Positions 1-10,423 of a stretch of 64,000 bases of DNA are shown here, in pieces (the stretch's first letter is position 1; every line of letters begins with the position of its first letter). This DNA comes from Sandaracinaceae bacterium. GTDB lineage: Bacteria; Myxococcota_A; Polyangia; Polyangiales; Sandaracinaceae. The notes beneath the pieces were generated by a model that was given only the letters and a program-made list of their open reading frames with translations, did no database searches and was not told the DNA's origin. The position numbers and the translations under genes were made by a program. The stretch covers positions 32,001-96,000 of the forward strand of contig JBGAQA010000002.1 in the NCBI GenBank assembly GCA_044220955.1, read 5' to 3'.

Positions 1-1670
1 TCTTCGGCGATCAGACGCCCGAGGCGACCGACCTGCCGGAGCACACCGGCATGTCGCCCGAGGAGGTCGCGGCGCACGAGGCCGAGGAGACGGCGCGCCA
101 CGAGGCGCGGCTCGCGCGCTTGTCGGAGCTGACGATCACGACGGACGAGTTCGAGGCGAGCGTCGACAACCTCGGCGGCGGGCTCACGCACTTCCGCCTG
201 CTCGGCGAGCGCTTCCACGACGCGGAGGGCCACCCGCAGGATCTCGTCACGACGAGCGACGAGCACTACCGGCCGATGCGCATCTCGCTCCCGGGCGCGC
301 CCATCCCCGACGACGCGATCTGGCAGCTGCGCCAGGTGAGCCCGACGGAAGTCGAGCTGCGCTGGGCGGGCCAGGGGCTCGAGATCGTGCGCTCGATCTC
401 GGCGGGCCACGGGCCCTACCAGCTCTGGCAGACGGTGGTCGTGCGCAACGTCGGCCGGGAGGAGCGCCGGACTCCTCTCCACGAGCACACCTACCACTAC
501 GTCGAGGTGGCGAGCGAGGGCGGCGGCATGTTCGGCGGTCGCTCGCCCAACATCAGCCAGGGCCTGTGCCGCACCGACGGCGAGGTGGTGCGCAAGGATC
601 ACGAGGCGCTGCAGGACGCGCACGGCTACGGACACGGCATCGACTTCACCGGCGTCGAGAACGTCTATTTCGTGCAGGCGCTGGCGCCGTCCGGCGAGCT
701 GGCGAGCCGCTGCGGCATGGTCGCGTCCCACCGCGGCGACGACGGCAGCGGTGGCGCCCTCGGAAACCTCTTCGAGTCCACGCTGGAGTACGGCTCGGTC
801 GACATCGCGCCGGGCGCCGAGCACTCCTGGACGACGCTCGCCTACATCGGTCCCAAGGACTGGCACGGGCTGGAGGCGGCCGGCCACCACCTCCCCGACG
901 TGGTGAACCTGGGCACCTTCGCCATCATCGCGCGCGTGTTCGCGAACGCGCTCGGATGGCTCTACCAGCACGTGGGCAACTGGGGCCTGGCGATCATCAT
1001 CCTCACGCTCATCGTGAAGATCCTCCTGTTCCCCGTCGTGAACCGGCAGTTCCGCGCGATGGCGCCGATGCGCAAGCTCAAGCCGGAGATGGACCGCATC
1101 AACGCGCAGTTCAAGGACGACATGGAGCAGCGGCAGCGCGAGATCATGCTGCTGTACCAGAAGCACGGGATCAACCCCGCGGCGCAGATGCTCGGCTGCC
1201 TGCCCGTGTTCCTGCAGATGCCGGTGTTCTTCGCGCTCTACACGTCGCTCTCGACGAACATCGAGCTCTACCACCAGCCCTTCGTCCTCTTCTGGACGGA
1301 TCTCTCGGCGCGCGATCCCTACTTCGTGCTGCCGGTGCTCCTCAGCGGGCTGATGTTCGTGCAGCAGAAGCTCATGCCGAACGCCGGCATGGACCCGCAG
1401 CAAGCCAAGATCATGCTCTACATGATGCCCATCATGATGGGCACGTTCATGCTCTTCTTGCCCTCGGGGCTATGCCTCTACATGCTGACGAACAGCGCGC
1501 TCTCGATCGCGCAGCAGCAGCTCAACTTCTGGCGCGCGAACCAGGAAGACGCGCGCAACGCGGCCAGCGCGGCCGCCGCAACCGACATCGCGCCTGCCCC
1601 CGTCACCGGCGGTGACAAGGCAGACGCACGCACGAGCAAGAAGGGCTCGGGGAGAGATCGCCGTGGGTGA
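1..1670 (+). CDS. yidC: Membrane protein insertase YidC (5'-truncated by window)
   Basis: Frame is open from position 3. Periplasmic domain, then GNWGLAIIILT, GCLP, FWTDLSARDPYFVLP and LPSGLCLY motifs; followed by jag. Confidence 0.96.
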   Translation, partial: FGDQTPEATDLPEHTGMSPEEVAAHEAEETARHEARLARLSELTITTDEFEASVDNLGGGLTHFRLLGERFHDAEGHPQDLVTTSDEHYRPMRISLPGAPIPDDAIWQLRQVSPTEVELRWAGQGLEIVRSISAGHGPYQLWQTVVVRNVGREERRTPLHEHTYHYVEVASEGGGMFGGRSPNISQGLCRTDGEVVRKDHEALQDAHGYGHGIDFTGVENVYFVQALAPSGELASRCGMVASHRGDDGSGGALGNLFESTLEYGSVDIAPGAEHSWTTLAYIGPKDWHGLEAAGHHLPDVVNLGTFAIIARVFANALGWLYQHVGNWGLAIIILTLIVKILLFPVVNRQFRAMAPMRKLKPEMDRINAQFKDDMEQRQREIMLLYQKHGINPAAQMLGCLPVFLQMPVFFALYTSLSTNIELYHQPFVLFWTDLSARDPYFVLPVLLSGLMFVQQKLMPNAGMDPQQAKIMLYMMPIMMGTFMLFLPSGLCLYMLTNSALSIAQQQLNFWRANQEDARNAASAAAATDIAPAPVTGGDKADARTSKKGSGRDRRG

Positions 1671-2388
1671 CGAACGCAAGAACGACGAGATGGAAGGCGC
1701 GCTGCTCTTCGACGACGAAGACGAGGGGCGCGGCCGCGGTGGGGACGCGGGCGGCAAGGCGCACTCCACGGGCGCACCTGGCGATGGCAAGGCGGAGGAC
1801 GCGATGGAGTTCCTCTCCGGGCTCATCTACCGCATGGGCCTCTCGGCGCGCGTGACGGTGCGCGAGGACGGCGAGCGTGTCGTGCTCGACGTGGCGGGGC
1901 CGGACGCGGGCCGTGCGATCGGCAAGAAGGGTATGACCCTCGACGCGATGCAGTTCCTCGTGAACAAGGTCGTCAACCGCTTCCCCGACTCGCGCCGCTA
2001 CATCGTCGTCGACTCGGGCGACTACCGCGATCGCCACGACGAGGGGCTCATGAGCCTCGCGCAGCGCGAGGCCAAGCGCGCGGTCGACTCGGGCCGCGTC
2101 GTGACGCTCGAGCCGATGCCCGCGCGCGATCGCCGCGTCATCCACCTCTCGCTCGCGAAGTTCGCGGGCATCTCGACGAAGTCGAGCGGCGAGGGCATCG
2201 GCCGTCGCATCCAGATCATCCCGGCCAACCGCACGGGCGGCGGCGGCGGTGGTGGCGGCGGTCGCGACCGGGATCGTGGGCGCCGGGACGACCGGCCCCG
2301 CGGCCCGCGCCTCGAGCGCGATCGCGACCGGCTCCCGCAGCCCCTGCCGGAAGCGCCGGTCCGCGACGACCCCGACCGCGACGAGTGA
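1663..2388 (+). CDS. jag: Jag/KhpB RNA-binding protein (KH + R3H)
   Basis: IGKKGMTLDAMQ KH motif and RRVIH R3H motif; GTG after GGAGAG, overlapping the yidC stop. Confidence 0.93.
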   Translation: MGDERKNDEMEGALLFDDEDEGRGRGGDAGGKAHSTGAPGDGKAEDAMEFLSGLIYRMGLSARVTVREDGERVVLDVAGPDAGRAIGKKGMTLDAMQFLVNKVVNRFPDSRRYIVVDSGDYRDRHDEGLMSLAQREAKRAVDSGRVVTLEPMPARDRRVIHLSLAKFAGISTKSSGEGIGRRIQIIPANRTGGGGGGGGGRDRDRGRRDDRPRGPRLERDRDRLPQPLPEAPVRDDPDRDE

Positions 2389-2400
2389 GGGCGGGTACGT

Positions 2401-2790
2401 TCACGCCACCTTCGGCCGCGGGACCTCGCACGACTCGTGGTCACAGCGGCCGGTGATGCGGAGGCGATTGCGCGCGAACCAGGCGTACGCGAGGTCGAGG
2501 CCGCGCGACACCCCGGGTAGTCGGGTGAGTGCGACCGCCGGACCGAGCCCGACCGCCTCGTAGAGCTGGCGGAACACCTCCACTCCCTCGATGAGCTCGC
2601 CGCTCGGCGCCCGCCCGTGGATGCGGGCCATGAGGCGTTCGCGCGAGAGCCCGAGGCTCGCGGGATCGAAGGAGGAGCTCGCGATGTCGGTGAACGTGAT
2701 CGCGCCGGCGAAGTCGAGCCGACGGAGCAGGGCGATCTCGCGCGCGCAGAGCGGGCACGCCCCGTCGAAGTAGACCTCGACGCGGCTCAC
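2401..2790 (-). CDS. DCC1/DUF393 thiol-disulfide oxidoreductase family protein
   Basis: N-terminal YFDGACPLC (DxxCxxC) and C-terminal YAWFARNR. Confidence 0.88.
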   Translation of the reverse strand: MSRVEVYFDGACPLCAREIALLRRLDFAGAITFTDIASSSFDPASLGLSRERLMARIHGRAPSGELIEGVEVFRQLYEAVGLGPAVALTRLPGVSRGLDLAYAWFARNRLRITGRCDHESCEVPRPKVA

Positions 2791-3449
2791 GCGGCACCGT
2801 CCTCGGGCGGCACTTCGTGCCCGAGCAGGTGCCCCGCGCGGCGCGCCTTCGTCTCGAGGTAGCGGCGGCTGTGCCGCTGCGCGGGGATCTCGTGAGGCAC
2901 GCGCCGCGTCACCGCGACCCCCGCGTCGAGCAGCTGGCGGATCTTGTCCGGGTTGTTCGTCATGAGCGCGATGCTGCGGACGCCGAGCGTGCGCAGCATC
3001 CCCGCGGCCACCCCGTACTCGCGCTCGTCGTCGCGGAACCCGAGCGCGAGGTTCGCGTCGACCGTGTCGAGGCCGGCCTCCTGGAGTCGGTACGCGCGGA
3101 TCTTGTTCACGAGACCGATGCCGCGTCCTTCTTGCCGCAGGTAGAGGACGATGCCGCAGGGCCTCTTGCCGATGGTGTCGAGCGCGCGCTCGAGCTGCGC
3201 GCGGCAGTCGCAGCGGAGCGAGCCGAGCACGTCACCGGTGAGACACTCGGAGTGAATGCGCGTGGGCACGTCGGACGCGCCGAACACGTCGCCGTGCACC
3301 ATCGCGACGTGCTCCCGCGAGTCGCGGTCGTTCCGGAAGACGTAGATCCGGTAGTCGCCGAACTGCGTCGGGAGCTCGGCGGCGCTCGCGATCTCCACGC
3401 GCGCCGGCGGCGCGGCGGTCACGGCTTCGACTCGTTCACGTTGGCTCAT
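2787..3449 (-). CDS. ribA: GTP cyclohydrolase II
   Basis: RIHSECLTGD, CDC, QEGRGIGL and TNNPDK motifs. Confidence 0.96.
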   Translation of the reverse strand: MSQRERVEAVTAAPPARVEIASAAELPTQFGDYRIYVFRNDRDSREHVAMVHGDVFGASDVPTRIHSECLTGDVLGSLRCDCRAQLERALDTIGKRPCGIVLYLRQEGRGIGLVNKIRAYRLQEAGLDTVDANLALGFRDDEREYGVAAGMLRTLGVRSIALMTNNPDKIRQLLDAGVAVTRRVPHEIPAQRHSRRYLETKARRAGHLLGHEVPPEDGAA

Positions 3450-3518
3450 GGGGCTCCTCGTTCGTTTCCGGGGCCGAGATCCATCTCGGCGCGCCGGCAG
3501 AGACCGCGATCGAGCCTC

Positions 3519-3555
3519 ACTGTGGGAGGTCTGCTAGCTCATGTCAAGGTTTTTT
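3519..3555 (-). promoter_or_regulatory. Sigma70-type promoter of ribA
   Basis: Minus strand reads A-tract, TTGACA (3547-3542), 17-nt spacer, CACAGT (3524-3519). Confidence 0.7.
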
Positions 3556-3748
3556 CTGGACACCGAGGATCGCCCCTGATCGCGCTCGCGTCCGCGGACT
3601 TCGACCTCCACACGCCCCACGACGGGATGGTCACCCCGCACACCTGCGGCGCGACCGACGCTGCGGGCACGCCCGGCCCGGCGCAGACGCTCGTGATGAC
3701 GTCCAGGTCGCGCGACATCCTGGGCGTCTGGCATGCGAACCTCTCCGC

Positions 3749-4492
3749 ATGGCGACGAGGCGCGACGCGAAGAGGCGAGCGGCGGCGGAGCCCGTGCGCC
3801 CTCCGACGTGGCTGGTGGAGATCTACCCGGCGAGCGCCGCGCCGCTCGGGGAGCTCTGGGGGATCGCGATCGCGTCGGACGATGGCGCGCTCTGGCCGGC
3901 CTATCTCGAGGCGCGCGACGAGATCCGAGCCAACGAGGTGCAGGCCAAGCAGGCCAAGACGGTTCGCAGCCAGCTCGGTCGCGCGTCGCACGGGTCGTAC
4001 GTCCCTCACGTGCTCCTCGCCGTCGCGATCGCGCTGCGCGTGGATCGGGCACGCGCCGAGGCGCCGCTCCGCCGAGCGCTCGAGGCCGGCACCGACACGC
4101 CGCACGCTGCGCGTCTCCGCGCCGAGCTCACGGTGCTCGCCGCCCGCCACGTGTGGACTCCGGCCGAGGTCCGCCGCCACGTCCTCGAGGGCGCGCACGC
4201 GTCCATCGACGACGCGCGGCATCCGCCTTCCGTCGCGCACGCGCTCGGCGCCGCGCTCGCCGCTCACGCGGCGATCGGTACGGACGAGCTCGTGGCGCGC
4301 GCGCGCACGCTCGCCACCCAACCGTCGGGCGATCCGGCCGCGCTCTGGGTGGTGGTCGCGGCGCTCGTCGCCCGCGGCGTCGCGCCGACGACGCTCGCGG
4401 AGCTCCAGGCCGCGACGCTCGCGTCGCGCGACGCCGCGTGGTCGCCGCTGGTCCGCGCCACGTTCGCGGCGATGCGCCGCTGGAGGCCCTGA
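3749..4492 (+). CDS. Hypothetical Ala-rich helical protein
   Basis: 247-aa ORF with host-like codon usage filling the ribA-pgi gap; no recognised motif. Confidence 0.6.
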   Translation: MATRRDAKRRAAAEPVRPPTWLVEIYPASAAPLGELWGIAIASDDGALWPAYLEARDEIRANEVQAKQAKTVRSQLGRASHGSYVPHVLLAVAIALRVDRARAEAPLRRALEAGTDTPHAARLRAELTVLAARHVWTPAEVRRHVLEGAHASIDDARHPPSVAHALGAALAAHAAIGTDELVARARTLATQPSGDPAALWVVVAALVARGVAPTTLAELQAATLASRDAAWSPLVRATFAAMRRWRP

Positions 4493-4705
4493 CGCCCACC
4501 GTGAGCCCGCGTCGACGGCGCACACGGCGCGCGCGCGCATCACGATCGCCGGGCCCATCGACGAGCGGCTCGTCGCCGTCTCCGACCGAATGCCGGCGCG
4601 GAAGACCGCGTGCGGCTGCCGCGCACGGGCCGGTGACGCGGGGGCGTTCGTGCGGAGCCAGGCGCTCCTACGCGATCGGCCTGGGGGGCGCTACCATCGC
4701 GACCC

Positions 4706-6364
4706 ATGACGCGCCTCACCGACGAACCGACGTACCGCGCGCTCGCCGCGCACAGGCAGACCCTCGAGGGCTTCTCGATCGCCCGGGCGCTGGGCGATCC
4801 AGCTCGCGTGGCGAAGATGACCCGCTCGCACGAGGATCTGCGCGCCGACTTCAGCAAGTCGCTCGCGACGCCCGAGACGATGGCGGCGCTGCTCGCGCTC
4901 GCCGAGGCCCGCGGGCTCCGCGCGCGCATCGAGGCGATGTTCTCGGGCGAGAAGATCAACGTCACGGAGAAGCGCGCGGTGCTGCACGTCGCGCTGCGCA
5001 ACCGGAGCGCGAGGCCCATCGCCGTCGACGGCAAGGACGTGATGCCCGACGTGCGCGCGGTGCTCGCCAAGATCCGGGGCTTCGTGGATCGCGTGCAGTC
5101 CGGCGCGTGGAAGGGCGCGACCGGCGCGGAGATCACGGACGTCGTGAACATCGGCATCGGCGGCTCCGATCTCGGACCGCTCATGGCGTGCGAGGCGCTC
5201 GAGACCTGCTGGCACCCGCGGATCACGCCGCACTTCGTCTCGAACGTCGACGGCGCGCACCTCGGCCGGACGATCAAGCGCCTCAGGCCGGAGACGACGC
5301 TCTTCGTCGTCGCGAGCAAGACCTTCACGACCGAGGAGACCCTCGCGAACGCGCGCTCGGCGCGCGGCTGGCTCACCAGGGCGCTCGGCGAGGCGGCCGT
5401 GGCGAAGCACTTCGTGGCGGTGTCGACCAACGCCAAGGAGGTCGCCGCGTTCGGCATCGACGTCGCGAACATGTTCGAGTTCTGGGACTGGGTCGGCGGT
5501 CGCTACTCGCTCTGGAGCGCGATCGGCCTCTCGATCGCGCTGGCGGTCGGCATGGATCACTTCGAGGCGATGCTCGAGGGCGGTCACGCGATGGACGAGC
5601 ACTTCCGCACGACGAGGCTCGAGGACAACCTGCCGGTGCTCCTCGGGCTCCTCGGCGTGTGGCACGCGCACTTCTGGAACGCGGACACGTTCGCGGTGCT
5701 GCCCTACGACCAGTCGCTGCACCGCTTCGCGGCGTACCTGCAGCAGGGCGACATGGAGTCGAACGGCAAGGGCGTGACGCTCGAGGGCGAGCGCGTCGGC
5801 TGGGACACGGGGCCCATCGTCTGGGGCGAGCCCGGCACGAACGGGCAGCACGCCTTCTATCAGCTGATCCACCAGGGCACGCGCCTGGTGCCGCTCGACT
5901 TCCTCGCGCCGATGCGCACGCACTACCCGCTCGAGGGCTACGCCGGCATCGATCACCACGCGATCCTGCTCGCGAACGTCGTCGCGCAGAGCGAGGCGCT
6001 GGCGCTCGGCAAGACCGAGGAGCAGGCCGCGGCCGAGCTGCGCAAGGGCGGGCTGGCCGAGGACGAGGTGGCGCGACTCGCCCCGCACAAGGTCTTCACG
6101 GGCAACCGCCCGAGCAACGTGATCTTCTTCGACGAGCTGACGCCGCGCACGCTCGGAAAGCTGATCGCCCTCTACGAGCACCGGATCTTCGTCCAGGGCG
6201 TGGTCTTCGGGATCAACAGCTTCGACCAGTGGGGCGTCGAGCTCGGCAAGCAGCTCGCCAAGACGGTGCTCGGGGAGCTCAAGGGCGGCGCGCCGCAGCC
6301 GCACGACGCCTCGACGCTCGCGCTGCTCGCCGAGATCGCGACCCGCCGACGCGGCCGGACGTGA
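4706..6364 (+). CDS. pgi: Glucose-6-phosphate isomerase
   Basis: [25 protein letters not shown] and DQWGVELGK. Confidence 0.98.
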   Translation: MTRLTDEPTYRALAAHRQTLEGFSIARALGDPARVAKMTRSHEDLRADFSKSLATPETMAALLALAEARGLRARIEAMFSGEKINVTEKRAVLHVALRNRSARPIAVDGKDVMPDVRAVLAKIRGFVDRVQSGAWKGATGAEITDVVNIGIGGSDLGPLMACEALETCWHPRITPHFVSNVDGAHLGRTIKRLRPETTLFVVASKTFTTEETLANARSARGWLTRALGEAAVAKHFVAVSTNAKEVAAFGIDVANMFEFWDWVGGRYSLWSAIGLSIALAVGMDHFEAMLEGGHAMDEHFRTTRLEDNLPVLLGLLGVWHAHFWNADTFAVLPYDQSLHRFAAYLQQGDMESNGKGVTLEGERVGWDTGPIVWGEPGTNGQHAFYQLIHQGTRLVPLDFLAPMRTHYPLEGYAGIDHHAILLANVVAQSEALALGKTEEQAAAELRKGGLAEDEVARLAPHKVFTGNRPSNVIFFDELTPRTLGKLIALYEHRIFVQGVVFGINSFDQWGVELGKQLAKTVLGELKGGAPQPHDASTLALLAEIATRRRGRT

Positions 6365-8626
6365 TCAGAACCCGGGATCGCTGACCACGGTCGGACGGCT
6401 CGTGGTGGTCGGCGGCGGACGCGCGCCGGTCGTCGGCGGACGCGTCCCCGTCGTCGGCGGACGCGTCCCCGTCGTCGGCGGACGCGTCCCCGTCGTCGGC
6501 GGGCGCACGCGCGTCGCGGGAGGCGTCGTGTGCGCGGACGTCACGGGAGGCGTCGTGCGCGTCGGGGGCGGCTCGACGTGGGTGGGCGGGGGCGGCTCGA
6601 CGTGCGCGAGCACCGTCGGCGGCGGTGGAGGAGCGATCTCCGCGACCGTCGGCGGCGGGGCGACGACGCTCGTCGGCGGCGGGGCGACGACGCTCGTCGG
6701 CGGCGGGGCGACGACGCTCGTCGGCGGCGGCGCCGTGACGGTCAGCGTGTGCCCGGTCGTCGTCGTCGGCGGCGGCGGCGACTGCATGGCTCCATACCCG
6801 AGCCACGAGACGAGCGCGAGCACGACCGCGCCTGCGACCGCGACGGGGAGCACCCACGCTGGACGGCCACCGGCTCCTCCGAGAGAGGGCTCGTCGTCGT
6901 CCAGCGAGGGCGGGGGCGGCGAAGGGGGCGCGTCGTCGTCGAACGGCGGAACGGGGAGCGCGTTGCCATCGGCCGATGCGCTGGCGGTCTCCCCCACGCC
7001 GCGAGCGAGCTCGCCCCGCAGCTCGTCCTCGCCGGGCGCCTCGGAGGACGGCGGCGGCTTCGCCTCGGACGGCGGCGGCGGCGGCTTCGCCTCGGACGGC
7101 GGCGGCGGCGGCTTCGCCTCGGACGGCGGCGGCGGCGGTGCGGGGGCGGGGGCCGGCCTCCATCCAGACCCATGGACGAGCGGCGCCTCCGACTCCGCCG
7201 CGACGGACGCCTCGCCAGGACCGGGCGTGGCGTCCGGTCCGGGCGGGGGCGCTGCGGCCTCGGGCGGCAGGCTCTGCAGCTCCGCGGCGTCGAGCTCGGG
7301 CGCGCCGCCGTCGGAGGGAGGCAGCGACGTGGTCTCGAGCTCGCTGACGTCCAGCTCCTCGGTCGAGCGGTGCGACGTCGCGGACGGTCTTGGCAGGCCC
7401 GGAGCTCTCGGGGGTGGCTGGGGCGTGCTCGTCGCGCTCGACGCAGCCGCGCGCTCGGCGTCTGCGGCCGCGATGGCCGGCAGGAGATCCGTGATCTCGA
7501 TCTCCTGCGTCGTGCGCGTCGGGGGCTGGCCCTCGGCGTCGGCCTCGGGCGCCTTCGGCGGAGGCTGCGGCGTGCTCGTCGCGCTCGGCGCCTTCGGCGG
7601 AGGCTGCGGCGTGCTCGTCGCGCCCGGCGCCTTCGGCGCGCCCGGCTTGGAGAACACGGCGCCGACCTTGCCAGGCGACGGGATCCGCGCGCCGCCGAGC
7701 CCAGCCGCGGGCTTCGGGAGGCTCGCACCGCGCGGGAGCGCCGGAGCGGGCGGATCGCCGATGCCCGAGCGCGGGCCGAGCGGCACCTGCGTCGTCGCGA
7801 TCGCGCGCGCGAGCGTCCCCGCCGTCTTGAGCGCACGACCGAAGGCGGCGACGTCGACGAAGCGCTTCTTCGGATCCGAGGAGAGCGCACGATCGAACGT
7901 CGAGGCGAAGGGGGCGAGCTCGCGGCGGACCGTGGTCAAGAGCGGGGCCTTCTCGGTCCCGATCGCGGCGCTGAGCGCGGCGACGTCGCGCGCGACGTGC
8001 GGCGGGCGGCCGCCGAGCGCCGCGTACAGGAGCGCCGCGAGCGAGGCCTGATCCGCGAGCGGACCGTCGAGCACGTCGCCGCGCGCCTGCTCGGGCGCCG
8101 CGTACGCGATCGGCCCGAGCGAGGGCAAGGACATGCGGACGCCGAGCTCCTGCCGGAGCGACGCGCGGTTGAGCGCGAACCCGATCAGCTTCGGCACCTC
8201 CTTGCCGCCCTCGTCGACGAGCAGCACGTTGCCCGGCTCGACGTCGCCGTGTGCGATGCCCGCGGCGTGGACGATCGCGAGCGCCTCGGCGAGCGCGAGC
8301 CCGATCTCGACGACGCGCGCGACCGTGGGCGAGGGGCCGGACTCGAGGCGCGCGGTCATGCTCTCGCCGACGAGGCGCTCGAGGACGAGATAGGGCACCC
8401 CACCCTCGTCGCCCTCGGCGATCGCGCGCACCAGGCTCGGATGCGAGGCCTTCACGAGCGCCTTGGCGTGCGCGCGGAAGCGCTCCTGTAGCGCCGCGGG
8501 CGCGTCCGCCTCGAGCGTGACGACGACGAGCGGAGTCCCCGTCTCGTCGTGGGCGTTCCACACGGTGCCGAGGTCACTGTCGCCGAGAGGTACGTCGAGC
8601 GTGTATCGTCCCGCGAGCAGGGTCAC
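6365..8626 (-). CDS. Membrane Ser/Thr pseudokinase with Pro-rich repeats
   Basis: Kinase fold (HPSLV, YAAPEQ) with degenerate catalytic motifs, a Pro-rich linker, one TM helix and a Pro/Thr tail. Confidence 0.85.
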   Translation of the reverse strand: MTLLAGRYTLDVPLGDSDLGTVWNAHDETGTPLVVVTLEADAPAALQERFRAHAKALVKASHPSLVRAIAEGDEGGVPYLVLERLVGESMTARLESGPSPTVARVVEIGLALAEALAIVHAAGIAHGDVEPGNVLLVDEGGKEVPKLIGFALNRASLRQELGVRMSLPSLGPIAYAAPEQARGDVLDGPLADQASLAALLYAALGGRPPHVARDVAALSAAIGTEKAPLLTTVRRELAPFASTFDRALSSDPKKRFVDVAAFGRALKTAGTLARAIATTQVPLGPRSGIGDPPAPALPRGASLPKPAAGLGGARIPSPGKVGAVFSKPGAPKAPGATSTPQPPPKAPSATSTPQPPPKAPEADAEGQPPTRTTQEIEITDLLPAIAAADAERAAASSATSTPQPPPRAPGLPRPSATSHRSTEELDVSELETTSLPPSDGGAPELDAAELQSLPPEAAAPPPGPDATPGPGEASVAAESEAPLVHGSGWRPAPAPAPPPPPSEAKPPPPPSEAKPPPPPSEAKPPPSSEAPGEDELRGELARGVGETASASADGNALPVPPFDDDAPPSPPPPSLDDDEPSLGGAGGRPAWVLPVAVAGAVVLALVSWLGYGAMQSPPPPTTTTGHTLTVTAPPPTSVVAPPPTSVVAPPPTSVVAPPPTVAEIAPPPPPTVLAHVEPPPPTHVEPPPTRTTPPVTSAHTTPPATRVRPPTTGTRPPTTGTRPPTTGTRPPTTGARPPPTTTSRPTVVSDPGF
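6402..7640 (-). repeat. In-frame tandem repeats: RPPTTGT x4, PPPTSVVA x3, PPPSEAKP x3, ATSTPQPPP x3
   Basis: 21-, 24-, 27- and 39-bp units visible in the DNA inside the pseudokinase gene. Confidence 0.85.
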
Positions 8627-8652
8627 CCCACGTTTCTACCAGAGGCTCCGGC

Positions 8653-9381
8653 ATGAAAGCAGTACTCCCGCTCGTTCTGTTGGCACTGCTCGCGCTGACC
8701 TTCCCGGCCGGCGCCCAGGACGCCGACCCCGCCGTCCGGGCGCGCGCGCTCTTCGCGGAGGGCGTCGAGCTCGCCGGGCAGTCGCACTATGCCGAGGCCG
8801 CGTCGCGCTTCCGGGAGGCCCTCACGCTGAGGGATGCCCCGACGATTCGCTACAACCTGGCCTCGACGCTCTACGAGGAGCACCAGTACACGGAGGCCCA
8901 CGAGCTGGCCGCCGGCCTGCTCGCCCAGCCCGATCTCCCCGAGTCGGTGCGCACGCCGACCGCCGCGCTGGAGCTCCAGATCGGGGCCGCCGCGGGCTTC
9001 GCGACGTTCGTACTGCCCGAGGGCGTCTCGGGCGACGTGCAGGTCGACGACATCCCCGTGGCCGATCCCTCGCGGACGACGGCGCTCGCGCCCGGCCGCC
9101 ACGAGGTACGGGCCGTGGCCGACGGGGTCACGGTCGCCCACGCGACCTTCGAGATCGGGGCGGGAGTGCGCCACGAGGTGCCGCTCGAGGCCGGCGGTGC
9201 CGCGCAGGCACAGAGCAGCGGGCCGGAGGGGCCCGTGACCGATCAGTGGTGGTTCTGGACGGCGATCGGCGGCGGGGTCGTCGTGCTGACCGTCGTGATC
9301 GGGGTCGCGGCCGGCGTGGCCGATCACGACGCACACCAGCCCATCGCCGGGAACTTCTCGCCGGGTATCATCTCGTGGTGA
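8653..9381 (+). CDS. Secreted TPR + PEGA-like protein with C-terminal TM
   Basis: Signal peptide, ARALFAEG/YNLA TPR pattern, beta domain and WWFWTAIG anchor. Confidence 0.8.
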   Translation: MKAVLPLVLLALLALTFPAGAQDADPAVRARALFAEGVELAGQSHYAEAASRFREALTLRDAPTIRYNLASTLYEEHQYTEAHELAAGLLAQPDLPESVRTPTAALELQIGAAAGFATFVLPEGVSGDVQVDDIPVADPSRTTALAPGRHEVRAVADGVTVAHATFEIGAGVRHEVPLEAGGAAQAQSSGPEGPVTDQWWFWTAIGGGVVVLTVVIGVAAGVADHDAHQPIAGNFSPGIISW

Positions 9382-10265
9382 CGACCTCACGCTGGCTGTG
9401 CGCCACCTCGTTCTCGCTGCTCTGCGCGGCGCTCGCCGCGGGGTGCGCGCAGCGCACGGAGGTGATCATCGCCGTCGAGTCGGACATCCCGACGCTCGAC
9501 CGCATCAACATCGTGGTCACGAGCCCGACCGGCGCCATGCAGTCGTCGGGCGCGACGTTCGGCACCGGACCGATGGGCTTCGTCCGCACGCTCGGGGTCA
9601 CGTGGTCGAGCGGTCCGCTCGGGCCCTTCGTCGCGACGGCGACGGGATCGACCTCGGGCCGCGACATCGTCGCGCGGACGGCGGCCTTCGAGTTCGTCCA
9701 GGGCCAGACCCGCGTGCTCCGCCTGGACCTGCTGGCGAGCTGCCGAGGGGTGGTGTGCGGTGCCGGACAGACGTGCGGCGAGACAGGCTGCCGCGCACAG
9801 ACGGTCTCGTCCTCGGAGCTCGAGCCGTACAACGGGACGATCGCCTCCCACGACGCCGGCAGCGCGACCGACGGCGGCATCCCGCCGAGCGACACGGGGA
9901 CCGACGCATTCGTCCCGCCCGTCGTCGACAGCGGCGCGTGCAGCACGCCCGAGACGTGCAACATGATGGACGACGACTGCGACGGTAGGGTCGACGAGGA
10001 CTTCATGCTCGCGACCGACACGAACAACTGCGGGCGCTGCGGGAACGTCTGCATGCTGCCGAACAGCACGGCGCCCACCTGTATCTCCGGACGCTGCGTC
10101 ATCGGGACGTGCGATCCGGGCTTCCAGAACTGCGACGGCCGCAACTCGACCGGCTGCGAGAGCGTCGCGGCCACGGACGTGGACAACTGCGGCCTGTGCA
10201 ACCGACGCTGCGGCGGCGGGACGCGCATGTGCTGCGCGGGGATGTGCGCGGCGAGCTGTCCGTGA
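9378..10265 (+). CDS. Cys-rich lipoprotein (MopE-like repeat)
   Basis: Lipobox LAAGC, ETCNMMDDDCDGRVDE and D..NCG.CG repeats; GTGA overlap with the upstream stop. Confidence 0.8.
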   Translation: MTTSRWLCATSFSLLCAALAAGCAQRTEVIIAVESDIPTLDRINIVVTSPTGAMQSSGATFGTGPMGFVRTLGVTWSSGPLGPFVATATGSTSGRDIVARTAAFEFVQGQTRVLRLDLLASCRGVVCGAGQTCGETGCRAQTVSSSELEPYNGTIASHDAGSATDGGIPPSDTGTDAFVPPVVDSGACSTPETCNMMDDDCDGRVDEDFMLATDTNNCGRCGNVCMLPNSTAPTCISGRCVIGTCDPGFQNCDGRNSTGCESVAATDVDNCGLCNRRCGGGTRMCCAGMCAASCP

Positions 10266-10423
10266 CGCCGGGGCCGAGGGGCCGGCCGCGGGAGCGGTGA
10301 GCGGTTCGCCGACGTGCGGCGCCCCCTCGATCCGCAGCGCCGCTCACTGCGCGCGAGCGCACCCGGACGGCCCGGTCTGCGGGTGCAGCGCCGCTCCATG
10401 AAGCCGGATCGCCGCGGCCGGGC

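Noticed and set aside
3450..3520. FMN riboswitch upstream of ribA
   Set aside because: The predicted leader is only about 60 nt with one hairpin (GCCGAGAT..ATCTCGGC); no RFN conserved motifs.
3560..3720. Small gene between ribA and the 3749 ORF
   Set aside because: Coding-like codons but no convincing start, stop or motif; at most a remnant.
6402..7640. CRISPR array
   Set aside because: The repeats are in-frame tandem units with no unique spacers, and there are no cas genes.
10270..10420. Structured ncRNA between convergent genes
   Set aside because: GC-rich hairpins and a duplicated GCAGCGCCGCTC fit a terminator or REP-like spacer; no recognisable RNA motif.
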